Shown: one piece after another, positions 1 to 9,768 of the stretch
How the letters are laid out: every line of letters starts with the position of its first letter
Position numbering within the stretch: the stretch's first letter is position 1
NCBI GenBank assembly: GCA_046731735.1
Contig: JBKPLP010000038.1
Coordinates: 1,979-65,978, forward strand
DNA: 64,000 nt
Direction of reading: 5' to 3'
From: Acidobacteriota bacterium
GTDB taxonomy: Bacteria > Acidobacteriota > Vicinamibacteria > Vicinamibacterales > 2-12-FULL-66-21
Translations under genes and position numbers: made by a program
Notes under the pieces: generated by a model
What the model was told of the DNA's origin: nothing
The model's input: only the letters and a program-made list of their open reading frames with translations
Databases searched by the model: none

Positions 1-1085
1 TTTCCCGCGCTGCCCGAGAACGTCGACCGGTCTGGAACGTAACCGAGCAGGTAGTAGCCCTGCTGGTCGTCGAGGATCCGCCGGACCCCCGCGGGCAGAT
101 CGTTCGTGTCGTGGATGAACAGTCCGCCGGTCTGCTCCGCGAGGACCGCAAGGCCATCCTGCCCCTCACGAATGTCAATCTGCCGCTGGCCCGTCTGCGC
201 GCCGGAGCGATCGGATGCGCTGGGCCCGCCGGCTTCCAGTCCGGCGGCGTGGATCGTGTAGATGACGACGCCGGCGCGATTGGCGGCGTCGACGAGCATT
301 CGCAGCGTGTCGAGCACCTGCCCGTAGTGGTTGTCCGCATCCCTGAGTTTGAATCCATCGGAGAAGATGACGATGGCTTTTCTTCCGGGCAGCTCCGCGA
401 CCCCGCGCAGCACGTACCGGATGGCTCCGAGCGTTCCGACCGTGAAAAACTGGGTCTGCCACGCCTCGACCTGCGCGTCTTCGGGCGCGATCGACTCGAA
501 CGGCGACACGCGGGCGTTCATGTTCCAACGGACGCGCTCGGCGGCGGCGTAGAGCAGCCGCTTGTCGGTCGTAAACTGCTGCAGCGCGCCGATTCCCGCG
601 CCCGTCCGCAGTACGGCGACCAGGTCACCCGGCTGCACCTGCGTGTCGATGAACCGCTTCAGCGTGCCGTTCACGTTGTAGACGCTTTCGAACGACAGTC
701 CAAGATCGTCGACGACCATCGCGATCGTCCGTCGTACGTGTTCTGGAGAGGCTCGCCGTGTGCCGGCAGGTCCGGACGGGACGGCGGGAGATGACGGGGT
801 CGCGCTGCCTCCGATCTCGCTTGCAGCCGGCGACACGGGATCGGTCGACACGTATGCGAAGCTCGAGATTGCCTGCGGCTTCCCGTCCTGCAGCAACTCG
901 AAGTCGCTGGCCGTGAGGTCGCGGACATGCCGCCCTTGGCGATCCGTGACGGTCGCGTCGACGCGCACGAGGTCGACGCCGACGCGGATCACCGTCTGGC
1001 GCGTCTCGGGCTGTGGTCCTGAGGGTTGCTGCGCGGCCAGAATCGTCGTGGCCGAGACGATCGCGATCCCACACAGCCACTGCAT
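1..1085 (-). CDS. VWA-domain protein, Acidobacterial VWFA type (3' end runs off the left edge)
   Basis: Not in ORF track; my translation from ATG 1085: signal peptide MQWLCGIAIVSATTILAAQQ, then IRVGVDLVRVDATVTDRQGRHVRDLTASDFELLQDGKPQ and LAEQTGGLFIHDTND...YYLLGY. Confidence 0.85.
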   Translation of the reverse strand, partial: MQWLCGIAIVSATTILAAQQPSGPQPETRQTVIRVGVDLVRVDATVTDRQGRHVRDLTASDFELLQDGKPQAISSFAYVSTDPVSPAASEIGGSATPSSPAVPSGPAGTRRASPEHVRRTIAMVVDDLGLSFESVYNVNGTLKRFIDTQVQPGDLVAVLRTGAGIGALQQFTTDKRLLYAAAERVRWNMNARVSPFESIAPEDAQVEAWQTQFFTVGTLGAIRYVLRGVAELPGRKAIVIFSDGFKLRDADNHYGQVLDTLRMLVDAANRAGVVIYTIHAAGLEAGGPSASDRSGAQTGQRQIDIREGQDGLAVLAEQTGGLFIHDTNDLPAGVRRILDDQQGYYLLGYVPDRSTFSGSAG

Positions 1086-1169
1086 GCAACACCTCCGACC
1101 GCAGCTTAAGCCATCTTCACCCGTTCGCGTCCGCGAGCGGCAGATAAACGCCGACTATACTTATCGCGC

Positions 1170-1937
<768 letters not shown>

Positions 1938-1940
1938 CCG

Positions 1941-3641
1941 ATGCTCAGGATCCTTCGCGCGTTCGTGTGGCTGCGCTGGCGCATGCTGCTGAACTCGCTC
2001 GAGAAGACCGGCGCGCGCGACCGGCTGGAACGGTTCTCGCTCGCCATCGAGCGGCTCGGCCCGATCATGGCGGCGGTCTTCATGATTCCCTCCGTGCTCG
2101 CCCTCGCGGCAATCGCGAGCGCCGTCGGGTACGGCCTGGGCCGCGGCGATCAGCCGTCATTCCTCTTCGCCGCGATGCGCTACCTGCTGCTGTTCGTGCC
2201 GATTGCGAGTATCGTCGGACCACTGTTTCTTCCCGCAGCCGACCGCACCAATCCGGTCCGCCTGCTGCTCCTTCCGATCCCGAGGCGCACGCTCTATGCG
2301 GCGCAGGCGGCGACAGCGCTGGGTGACGTCTGGGTCGTGCTCATGCTCCCGATCGTACTGTTCCTTCCGATCGGCCTGGCCGCAGCCGGAGCGCTCGGCG
2401 CGGCGGTCATCGTGCTTGCGGCCGGCGTGATCTTTCTTGCGGTCGTCGTCGGCCTCTCGGCGCTCGCGACGAGCGTCCTGCATTTGATCGTCCGCGATCG
2501 CCGGCGTGGCGAGCTGCTCGCGCTGCTCTTCATTCTGATCATTCCCGCGGCGAGCATGCTCCCGGGACTGCTGCACGGCGGACGCCATCACCGCGGCGCT
2601 CAGCGCCAGCGTCCGGCGCCGGAGGAGATGCGCCTGCCCGGCTGGGCCACCGCGGCGGGCGAACGCGTATTCGCCGTCTACCCGAGCGAGTTGTATGTCC
2701 AGTCCGCGCGCGCAATGGCCGCGGGCGAGGTCCGAAGCGCGGCGATCCGGCTCGCAGCGCTCGCGGTTATCGCCGTCACGATGCATGCGGCCGGCATGTT
2801 CCTCTTTACGCGAATCCTCGACTCACCGGGCACGACCGGCGCGCGCCGGTCCGTCACCGCGCGCAAGGCGTGGGGGATGACGCTGCCAGGACTCACGCCG
2901 GGCGCATCCGCGGTGGCACTCGCGCAGCTGCGGCTCGCGCTCAGGACGCCGCGCGGCCGATCGATCCTGCTGACGCCGCTCGTGATCACGGGAGTGCTGG
3001 CGCTGGTAATGCGGCGTCACGGCAACCTCGATATCGGGCCGATCGGCTCGCATGGCGGTCTGGGGCTGGCGTCGTTCACGTCGTTCATCTCACTGCTGGC
3101 CACGCTCCACATTGCGGTGAATCAATTCGCAGTCGACAAAGCCGGGATGACGCTCATGCTGCTCTCGCCGTTGTCGGACCGCGAGTACCTCGCGGGCAAG
3201 GCGGTCGGCAACGCGCTCATCGGTCTGCCACCGGCGTTTATCTGCGTGATCGGTGTGGCGCTGCTCTTCCGGGACGGATCGCCGGCGCTGTGGTTGGCGG
3301 TTCCGCTTTCATTGATTGCGACCTACCTGTTGACCTCGGCCCCCTCGGCCATGCTGTCCGCGGTGTTCCCGCGGCTGGTCGATTTGAACAGCATCGGCCG
3401 ATCGAGCAACGCACACGGCCTCGCCGCGCTGCTGGGAATGCTCTCGTTCGTGGCCGCGGGCGCATCGAACCTGGCCATCGTGTTCGTTGCCAACTGGCTG
3501 GGACGGCCTGGACTGATGCCGATTCTGCTGGTCGGCTGGTGCGTGATCGCCTTCTGCATCAGCCGTCTGCTGTTTGCGATGGCGCGCCGCGTTTTCGCCG
3601 CCCGTCGCGAAAACCTGGCGCTGCTGCTGAGCGACAAGTAA
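1941..3641 (+). CDS. Multi-pass membrane protein, probable ABC-2-type permease
   Basis: 566 aa with many hydrophobic helices, starts 3 nt after the ATPase stop. Confidence 0.8.
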   Translation: MLRILRAFVWLRWRMLLNSLEKTGARDRLERFSLAIERLGPIMAAVFMIPSVLALAAIASAVGYGLGRGDQPSFLFAAMRYLLLFVPIASIVGPLFLPAADRTNPVRLLLLPIPRRTLYAAQAATALGDVWVVLMLPIVLFLPIGLAAAGALGAAVIVLAAGVIFLAVVVGLSALATSVLHLIVRDRRRGELLALLFILIIPAASMLPGLLHGGRHHRGAQRQRPAPEEMRLPGWATAAGERVFAVYPSELYVQSARAMAAGEVRSAAIRLAALAVIAVTMHAAGMFLFTRILDSPGTTGARRSVTARKAWGMTLPGLTPGASAVALAQLRLALRTPRGRSILLTPLVITGVLALVMRRHGNLDIGPIGSHGGLGLASFTSFISLLATLHIAVNQFAVDKAGMTLMLLSPLSDREYLAGKAVGNALIGLPPAFICVIGVALLFRDGSPALWLAVPLSLIATYLLTSAPSAMLSAVFPRLVDLNSIGRSSNAHGLAALLGMLSFVAAGASNLAIVFVANWLGRPGLMPILLVGWCVIAFCISRLLFAMARRVFAARRENLALLLSDK

Positions 3642-3701
3642 GCGCCGCTGTTCGCGGTCAGGCTGCAAACAGTCCACGCCAGCAATAAATGACCGTCTCA
3701 G

Positions 3702-3717
3702 CGGTACGTGCTTTGCT
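3702..3717 (+). promoter_or_regulatory. Candidate sigma54 promoter of recQ
   Basis: CGGTAC-GTGCT-TTGCT (GG-N10-GC); in-frame GTG at 3731 lies just past the predicted +1. Confidence 0.45.
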
Positions 3718-3730
3718 GAGTTTCGGTGAC

Positions 3731-5248
3731 GTGCGGAAACCGACCTCATCGCTCAAGCGCCTGATGCGTGGAACGTTCGGATTGTCGGAGTTCCGCCCGG
3801 GACAGGAAGACGTCATCCGTTCGATCGTGCAGGGTCACGACACGATCGCGGTGATGCCGACAGGCGCGGGGAAGTCGCTCTGCTATCAGCTGCCCGCCTT
3901 GCACCTGCCGGGAACCACCATCGTAATCTCGCCGCTCATTTCGCTCATGAAAGATCAGTGCGACAAGCTGACCGAGCTCGGCACGTCCGCACGCCAGATC
4001 AACTCGACCATCGCTGACGCGGACGTGAAGGCAGCGCTCGAAGACATCCGCCGCGGTGACGTCGACTTCGTGTTTGCGACGCCGGAGCGGCTGGAAGATC
4101 CGACCTTCGTCGACACGCTGCGCGGAATCAAGATCGATCTCTTCGTCGTCGACGAGGCGCACTGCGTGTCGGAGTGGGGCCACGACTTCAGGCCGGCCTT
4201 CCTGGGACTGGGAGCGGCGGTCAAGGCGCTCGGCAAGCCATCCGTGCTGGCGCTGACGGCGACGGCAACCCCTGACGTCATCGACGACGTGGTACGACAG
4301 CTGGGACTGGAGAAGCCACAGCAGTTCAACCTCGGGCTTTACCGCGAGAACCTGCACTACGCAGTCCATCACACCGCCAGCGACAGCGCGAAGCAGCAGC
4401 GGCTGATCGCGATGCTGCGAAGCTGGCAAGGCAGCGGCATCGTCTACGTGGCCACGATCAAGCAGTGCGACACCGTCGTGCGGGTGCTCGAGGCGGAAGG
4501 GCTTGCGGTCGCGCGTTATCACGGCCGCCTATCGGGCAAATCCCGCCATGAAACCCAGGATCGCTTCATGGCTGGCGATCTTCCGACCATCGTTGCCACC
4601 AATGCGTTCGGTATGGGCATCGACAAGCCGGACATCCGCTTCGTGATCCACTACGACATGCCGGGGTCTATCGAGTCCTACTATCAGGAGTCCGGCCGTG
4701 CGGGGCGCGACGGAAACCCCGCCAGCTGCGCGCTCCTCTACCGGATCGAGGATCGACGCACGCACCAGTTTTTCATGGGCGGAAAGTACCCCGGCGCAGA
4801 CGACATCCTCGCGGTGCGGGACGCGCTCGCGGAGGTTGGGGCCTCAACGGCGCCAGTCTCCGTGGCACAGATCCAGACGCAAGCGACATCGGTGGCAAAG
4901 ACGAAGGTGCGGTCGGTTCTCTCGATGATGAAAGAACTCGGCCTGGTGAAAGAGCTGCGGGGGTCAAAGTATCGGCTCGCCAGCGAAACAGCCTCCACGG
5001 CCGCGATCGAAAACGTTGCGTCGCAGTACGCGGCGCGGTTGGACGCGGACCGCGAAAAGCTGCAGCGCATCGCGCTCTACGCGCAGAGCGCGCGCTGCCG
5101 CTGGAAAGAGCTCCTCGACTACTTCGGCGAAGGAGATAGCTTTGAAAGTTGCGGTACCTGCGACAATTGCACCCATCCGCCCGAACTCGAACATGCACCG
5201 CCAGTCGATCGCGATCGTATCGACTGGCCTCTAGCGACGAGCCGCTAG
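3731..5248 (+). CDS. recQ: RecQ-family ATP-dependent DNA helicase (frame open from 3689)
   Basis: MPTGAGKSLCYQ, DEAHCVSEWGHDFRP, ATNAFGMGIDK, YYQESGRAGRDG, Zn-binding CR...CGTCDNC. Confidence 0.93.
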   Translation: MRKPTSSLKRLMRGTFGLSEFRPGQEDVIRSIVQGHDTIAVMPTGAGKSLCYQLPALHLPGTTIVISPLISLMKDQCDKLTELGTSARQINSTIADADVKAALEDIRRGDVDFVFATPERLEDPTFVDTLRGIKIDLFVVDEAHCVSEWGHDFRPAFLGLGAAVKALGKPSVLALTATATPDVIDDVVRQLGLEKPQQFNLGLYRENLHYAVHHTASDSAKQQRLIAMLRSWQGSGIVYVATIKQCDTVVRVLEAEGLAVARYHGRLSGKSRHETQDRFMAGDLPTIVATNAFGMGIDKPDIRFVIHYDMPGSIESYYQESGRAGRDGNPASCALLYRIEDRRTHQFFMGGKYPGADDILAVRDALAEVGASTAPVSVAQIQTQATSVAKTKVRSVLSMMKELGLVKELRGSKYRLASETASTAAIENVASQYAARLDADREKLQRIALYAQSARCRWKELLDYFGEGDSFESCGTCDNCTHPPELEHAPPVDRDRIDWPLATSR

Positions 5249-5284
5249 CGCGTTGCCGCTCGCCGGCTGTCGAGGAAACGCGCA

Positions 5285-5402
5285 CGTACATGGCAGCACA
5301 GGGAGTGTCAAAGACTCTCCCTGCGCCCGGTGGCAGGTCTGTGTGGCGGATGGTTGCCCCAGCGGAACACCGGAGCGGCCGGGCCGCACCGCGTGCGGCA
5401 CC
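5285..5402 (-). ncRNA. Candidate sigma54-dependent sRNA, copy 1 (ends approximate)
   Basis: Hairpins GCCGCAC/GUGCGGC, GCUCCGG-UGUUCCG-CUGGGGC and GCAGGGAGAGUC-UUU-GACACUCCCUGU; paralogous to copy 2; downstream of a consensus -24/-12 motif. Confidence 0.6.
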
Positions 5403-5411
5403 CGCTTCAAG

Positions 5412-5427
5412 AGCAATGCGAGTGCCA
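5412..5427 (-). promoter_or_regulatory. sigma54 promoter for sRNA copy 1
   Basis: Minus strand TGGCAC-TCGCA-TTGCT, full consensus. Confidence 0.7.
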
Positions 5428-5475
5428 AGTTCGATCCTCGATTGTTGACCGAGGTTGTCGGCTGCAATCTACACA

Positions 5476-5517
5476 TCGACAATCAATGAGCAATCGAAAA
5501 TCGACAATCAAAGATTC
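5476..5517. repeat. Degenerate heptamer repeat (AATCGAC-like) between the two sRNA units
   Basis: tcgacaatcaatgagcaatcgaaaatcgacaatcaaagattc. Confidence 0.5.
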
Positions 5518-5527
5518 AGCAAAGTCG

Positions 5528-5651
5528 CGTACATGGCGGGGCAGGGAGTGCCTTTCGACTCTCCCTGCAGCCAGGCAGGCAATATTGGAAGGGCGGTTGC
5601 TCCAGCGGAACACCGGAGCGGCAAGCCGGGCCGCTGAAGCCGCCCGACACC
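5528..5651 (-). ncRNA. Candidate sigma54-dependent sRNA, copy 2 (ends approximate)
   Basis: Hairpins GUCGGGC/GCCCGGC, GCUCCGG-UGUUCCG-CUGGAGC and GCAGGGAGAGUC-GAAA-GGCACUCCCUGC (GNRA loop); 27/28 nt core shared with copy 1. Confidence 0.6.
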
Positions 5652-5660
5652 ATCTGTTAG

Positions 5661-5676
5661 AGCAACCGCGATGCCA
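5661..5676 (-). promoter_or_regulatory. sigma54 promoter for sRNA copy 2
   Basis: Minus strand TGGCAT-CGCGG-TTGCT. Confidence 0.7.
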
Positions 5677-5886
5677 TCGTTCGGTGGCAAAAACCGCCTG
5701 ATTTCGCGTGTTTTGCTGCCTCGGCGGCGGCCGGTGTGTGGCTGAGGTCTCAGGAGTGGAATCGACCGCCCCATGCGGCCCGCAGAGAGTAGGTAATGGG
5801 CTACACAAAGCTAAACTGTCGGCTTTTGGTTCCCGCTGTGTCTGAATTCCGCTTGTTCAGCGAAACCTGGTCCTGCGCGGAATCCG

Positions 5887-6834
5887 CTATAACTGCGTGC
5901 GCGGTGTCGGCGCGGCGGGAATCTCGTCGGGTCTTCGGCGGCGAAGTCTCGCGTTGGCGGCGGTGACTTCGACGCCGTACAGAAAAATCACAGCGCAGAT
6001 GTAAACCCAGACGAGGAACACGACCACGGCAGCGATCGAGCCGTGCACGCTGAAACGCGACAGGTCGCGTACATACCGCGAAAACCCGGCGAGCGCCATG
6101 CGCCAGAGCAGCCCGGTCAACACCGCTCCAACCCAGACATCGCGAAACCGCACCGCAGCGTTCGGAACGAAATAGAACACCAAGCCGACGAGCACGATGA
6201 AGATGACGGTGCTCGCAGACTTGAGCGCCCAGCCCTGGAGCACGAGCAGCCCCGGCGTGCGCGCGATGACGACCGCGAACCACCGCGCCTCGGCGACGTT
6301 GATCGCGCTCACGAGCAGCAGACCGAGGAGGAGGAGCAGGCTCGCCGTCACGAGCATCGTGAACGCCATCAGCTTGTGTTTCAGGTAGCTCGGCTGCTTG
6401 TCGACGCCCCAGGCGTGATTGACGGCAGATCCGATCGCGCTGAACACCCCCATCGCCGCCCAGACCATCAGGATGCTGCCGACGACGCCGAGCTTGAACC
6501 CCGCCTGCTGCATCGCCTGCAGCTGCGTGTTGACGAAATCGAATTGGCGCGGGAAGTAGTGCAACACGAAGCTGAGGACCGACGTGCGATCCGCGTCGTC
6601 GCTGGTGACGCTCGCCAGGATCGACAAGGCGAGCAGGAAAAACGGAAATAGCGAAAGCAACGCGTAATAGGCGATCGAGGACGCGAAGGTGAGGTCGTTG
6701 CTGTTGTAGATGCCGACGATGCCGCGCCACACCGCGAGCGCGGTCAAGTGGACTTCGGCGAGGCCGCGGAGATACGCGCGGCGGAGGACGGAGGACCGTG
6801 GCGGGGGCTGTGCCTGCGTCGCTTGCCCTGTCAC
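5887..6834 (-). CDS. YihY/virulence factor BrkB family membrane protein
   Basis: ASSIAYYALLSLFP, GSIAAVVVFLVWVYICAVIFLYGVE; multi-TM. Confidence 0.9.
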   Translation of the reverse strand: MTGQATQAQPPPRSSVLRRAYLRGLAEVHLTALAVWRGIVGIYNSNDLTFASSIAYYALLSLFPFFLLALSILASVTSDDADRTSVLSFVLHYFPRQFDFVNTQLQAMQQAGFKLGVVGSILMVWAAMGVFSAIGSAVNHAWGVDKQPSYLKHKLMAFTMLVTASLLLLLGLLLVSAINVAEARWFAVVIARTPGLLVLQGWALKSASTVIFIVLVGLVFYFVPNAAVRFRDVWVGAVLTGLLWRMALAGFSRYVRDLSRFSVHGSIAAVVVFLVWVYICAVIFLYGVEVTAANARLRRRRPDEIPAAPTPRTQL

Positions 6835-6841
6835 CCGGCCA

Positions 6842-7045
6842 TCATATATTCGGCGGCGCGCTCGCCTCCCAGCCGTTCCGGATTTCTTGCGTCAGCCAGG
6901 CGGGAATCGTGCCGGTGAGAGCGGCGACGGTCAGCCGCCACGCCACCCGGCGCAGCTGCGGCGTCCTGATCACATAGTAGGCTGCGCCCACCACGGCCGC
7001 GCCGATGAGAACGTTGGCGACTTTCTCGGCGTTCGCTTGTGTCAT
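6842..7045 (-). CDS. Small hypothetical membrane protein
   Basis: 67 aa with a hydrophobic segment, co-directional within the cluster. Confidence 0.65.
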   Translation of the reverse strand: MTQANAEKVANVLIGAAVVGAAYYVIRTPQLRRVAWRLTVAALTGTIPAWLTQEIRNGWEASAPPNI

Positions 7046-7160
7046 GAATGTAGGCCGCCTCGCCCGCCGCCCGAAGGCGGATGTGCCGCGCCGACGCCGG
7101 CCGCGGCCAGGGCGGTGCGACGTTCGAAGGAACGCCGCACCCTTCCAGCTGCTCCGAACT

Positions 7161-7553
7161 CTACGTGCGATTGGTCGAGTAGCCGCCCGTGCCAGCGCCG
7201 GCGCCCGTGAACGCCCCGGTGTTGCCCGTCGAGGTATTGCCGGTCGTTCCGGTGGTCCCGACGCCGGTATTGCCGCTGGTCATCCCGCTGCTGACATTCG
7301 AGCGCGCCTTCTCGTAGGCCTCGCGGCCGCGATCGACGATCTGGCTGACCTTCTCCGTCGCCTGGTTGTAGCCGTCGGCGGCGGTCGTCTTGAGCTTGCC
7401 CGCCTGCTCGCCGAGCTGGCTGCGCAGCTCGGACCCGGTCTTCGGGGCGAAGAGCATACCGAGCCCCGCGCCAAGCACCGTTCCCGCGAGCAGCCCCATC
7501 AAAAAGGAGCCGCTGCCATCTTCCCGTTCGAAGCGATCGTATTCGTACGCCAT
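7161..7553 (-). CDS. YtxH-domain protein
   Basis: SFLMGLLAGTVLGAGLGMLFAPKTGSELRSQL; GGAGG RBS upstream. Confidence 0.9.
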   Translation of the reverse strand: MAYEYDRFEREDGSGSFLMGLLAGTVLGAGLGMLFAPKTGSELRSQLGEQAGKLKTTAADGYNQATEKVSQIVDRGREAYEKARSNVSSGMTSGNTGVGTTGTTGNTSTGNTGAFTGAGAGTGGYSTNRT

Positions 7554-7615
7554 TTAGCCTCCTACTACGTCTGTGTTCTGTCACCGGCCCAGCGCCGGCA
7601 GTTCCGCGCGAGTTC

Positions 7616-8035
7616 TTACGCGCGCCCCGCGGCCGGCGTGACCGGCTCGTGATCGTGGCCGATGATCGACGTGATCACCGCGCGAATCCCGCGCATGACC
7701 CCGACGACCTGGTTCACCTTGTCCTTCACCGAATACGTGATGTGTCCCGCCGTCTCGTCGACGCGGTGAATCGTACCGGAGATCGCATGATCGACGCGCT
7801 CGGTCTGGTGGCTCACCCGCGCCGTCACCGACTTCACGTCGAGCAGGATCGCGTCGACCTTCTCCCGCAGCGGCGCGATCTGCCGCGCCTCGAGATCGGT
7901 GACGAGCTGCATCACCCGGCGGTACATCATGAAGCCGCCGACCCCGATGCCGATGAGCAGTAATGCTTCTAGCACGCTGACCGCTGCCATGATTCCGAGC
8001 AGCAGATTCGTGGTCCCAAGGTTCTCCGCCATCAC
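7616..8035 (-). CDS. Membrane-anchored coiled-coil protein (DUF948/YtxG-like)
   Basis: N-terminal TM then amphipathic helices; next to YtxH; AGGAGG RBS. Confidence 0.7.
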   Translation of the reverse strand: MMAENLGTTNLLLGIMAAVSVLEALLLIGIGVGGFMMYRRVMQLVTDLEARQIAPLREKVDAILLDVKSVTARVSHQTERVDHAISGTIHRVDETAGHITYSVKDKVNQVVGVMRGIRAVITSIIGHDHEPVTPAAGRA

Positions 8036-8046
8036 CCCTCCTGACG

Positions 8047-8295
8047 CTATGCCGACCAGCGGCCTTGCGCACCGCCGGTGACATCATTGAGCGACCGCCA
8101 TCCCTCGCTCGCCACGCTGCGCGCCTTCTCGACGGTCCCGCGCATGCGAGTAATCTCATGCAGGAAATCATCGAGCTTTGGCTCTATCTGGTCGCGGACG
8201 CGTCGGCCGTTCTCCGTCATGTAGAGCCAGCCCCACACACCACCGGCCACAGCCCCGAGGCACGTCGCCAGGAGCACTCGCGATCGCTCGTCCAC
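8047..8295 (-). CDS. Small YtxH-like protein
   Basis: LGAVAGGVWGWLYMTENGRRVRDQI; AAGGAGG RBS. Confidence 0.7.
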   Translation of the reverse strand: MDERSRVLLATCLGAVAGGVWGWLYMTENGRRVRDQIEPKLDDFLHEITRMRGTVEKARSVASEGWRSLNDVTGGAQGRWSA

Positions 8296-8350
8296 ATTCC
8301 CCTCCTTCGTCGCACGGGCTGTTCAGACAGCCCAATCCTACGCACTACAA

Positions 8351-8365
8351 TCAAACGACATGCCA
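8351..8365 (-). promoter_or_regulatory. Candidate sigma54 promoter of the YtxH cluster
   Basis: Minus strand TGGCAT-GTCGT-TTGA (variant -12), about 55 nt upstream of the start. Confidence 0.45.
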
Positions 8366-8424
8366 CCCGAGATCGCCCGGAATTCCCACGTTCGCCGCTG
8401 ACATGGCCTTTCCGACACCCACGT

Positions 8425-9768
8425 CTACATGGCTGAAGTCGACACGAACAGCGCAAGCGCCACACCGTCCCACTGATCGCCGTCTGGACTTCCCGCCGCT
8501 TCGGCCCCCATTGGCATCACCGCGACGAAATTGGGGTCGAGTCCGAACTTCCCGACAATGTAGTCGCGAACGAGCTGAGCGCGCTTACGGCTGAGAAGGA
8601 ACTGCCGGTCGCCGGTCGCTCCGGGCGCGTAGCCTTCGACGACGAATGGACTGTTGCGCGGGTAGCGGATGAACTGCGACATTGCCGAGTCGAGACGAGC
8701 CCGGCCGTCATCGGTGAGCCGCTCCTCGCCGTTCGCATCCGTTTCGAACAGGACGGAAGACTTGACCCAGATGCGCAGGACGCGCCGTTCCTTCGTTTCG
8801 AGCCCACCCTGCCGGTATTGCTGGACGCTGACGTCGTCCAGATCGAAGTAACCGCGTTTATTGAAGAACCCGCGGAAAAAGAAATTGCGCTTGAGCGCTT
8901 CGGTGTTCTCTGCGAGATCCGCCATCGCGTCGCGGGCCGACGCCAGCGTCTGCTGGACGGTGCCGGTCAGCCCCTTCATCGGACCGTTCTCACCGCGGAA
9001 GTCGGCGACGGCCCCTTTCGCCTGATCGGCCGCTTCGCGCAGGCTGGCAACCGCCTTCTGGCCGTCGGCGGCAATACCCTTGAGGCTCTCGAACAGGGCG
9101 TCGTCGGTCATCAGCTTGCCGACGGTGCCCTTCCCCTGGCGCACGTCGGAGACGATCATGGTGATGTTGTCGCTCGCCTTGTGCGCCGCGCTCAGGATCT
9201 CCTTGGCCTCCGTGCCGAGGGAGGTGATCAGATCCTGGGCTTCCCCCACGGTATCCGTGACCGACTGCAGCGCATCGTCCACGCCCGAGCGCAAGTCGAC
9301 GATCGTGCTCGTCACGAGATCGAGTGTTTCGCTCATCCGCTGAAGCATCTCGGCGAAGTCGAAGGGCTCGCGGCTCTTGATCGTACCTTTCGAGGGAACC
9401 GTCGGTGCTTGGTCCGTACCGGATTCGACCTGAACGAACTTGTTCCCCACGAGGCCGTCCGTCTGGATCGAAGCCACCGAATCAACGCGGATCAGCGGGT
9501 GGAGATCTTCACGGATGCGAAGCTTGACGCGGAATTTCGCGGACGGGTTCGCCGGGACCTGCACGCCGGTGATCTCGCCAGCGTCCATGCCGGCAACGCG
9601 TACCTTCGCGCCGTTCTGTAGGCCGGAGATGTTGGCGAATTCGGCATACACCTCGAACGTGTCGTTGAAGAGCATGCGCCGATTGCCGATCAGGAACAAA
9701 CCGACGGCAAAGAGCAGCACGCCTGCCAGCACGAAGACGCCGACCGCGACCGGGTGCTTAGCCTGCAT
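8425..9768 (-). CDS. mlaD: MCE/MlaD-family protein with C-terminal OmpA-like domain
   Basis: N-terminal TM, GLQNGAKVRVAG...IQTDGLVGNKFVQV, long helical region, C-terminal VVEGY...LSRKRAQLVRDY. Confidence 0.85.
   Translation of the reverse strand: MQAKHPVAVGVFVLAGVLLFAVGLFLIGNRRMLFNDTFEVYAEFANISGLQNGAKVRVAGMDAGEITGVQVPANPSAKFRVKLRIREDLHPLIRVDSVASIQTDGLVGNKFVQVESGTDQAPTVPSKGTIKSREPFDFAEMLQRMSETLDLVTSTIVDLRSGVDDALQSVTDTVGEAQDLITSLGTEAKEILSAAHKASDNITMIVSDVRQGKGTVGKLMTDDALFESLKGIAADGQKAVASLREAADQAKGAVADFRGENGPMKGLTGTVQQTLASARDAMADLAENTEALKRNFFFRGFFNKRGYFDLDDVSVQQYRQGGLETKERRVLRIWVKSSVLFETDANGEERLTDDGRARLDSAMSQFIRYPRNSPFVVEGYAPGATGDRQFLLSRKRAQLVRDYIVGKFGLDPNFVAVMPMGAEAAGSPDGDQWDGVALALFVSTSAM

Noticed and set aside
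5285..5676. Cobalamin or c-di-GMP riboswitch
   Set aside because: GACCTGCC and CCCCGCC words occur in the wrong order for a B12 element, GEMM motifs are absent, and the units point at the 3' end of recQ rather than leading a gene.
5149..5808. Short ORFs in the recQ-yihY gap
   Set aside because: No recognisable motifs or RBS, and indels between the two paralogous units do not preserve a frame.
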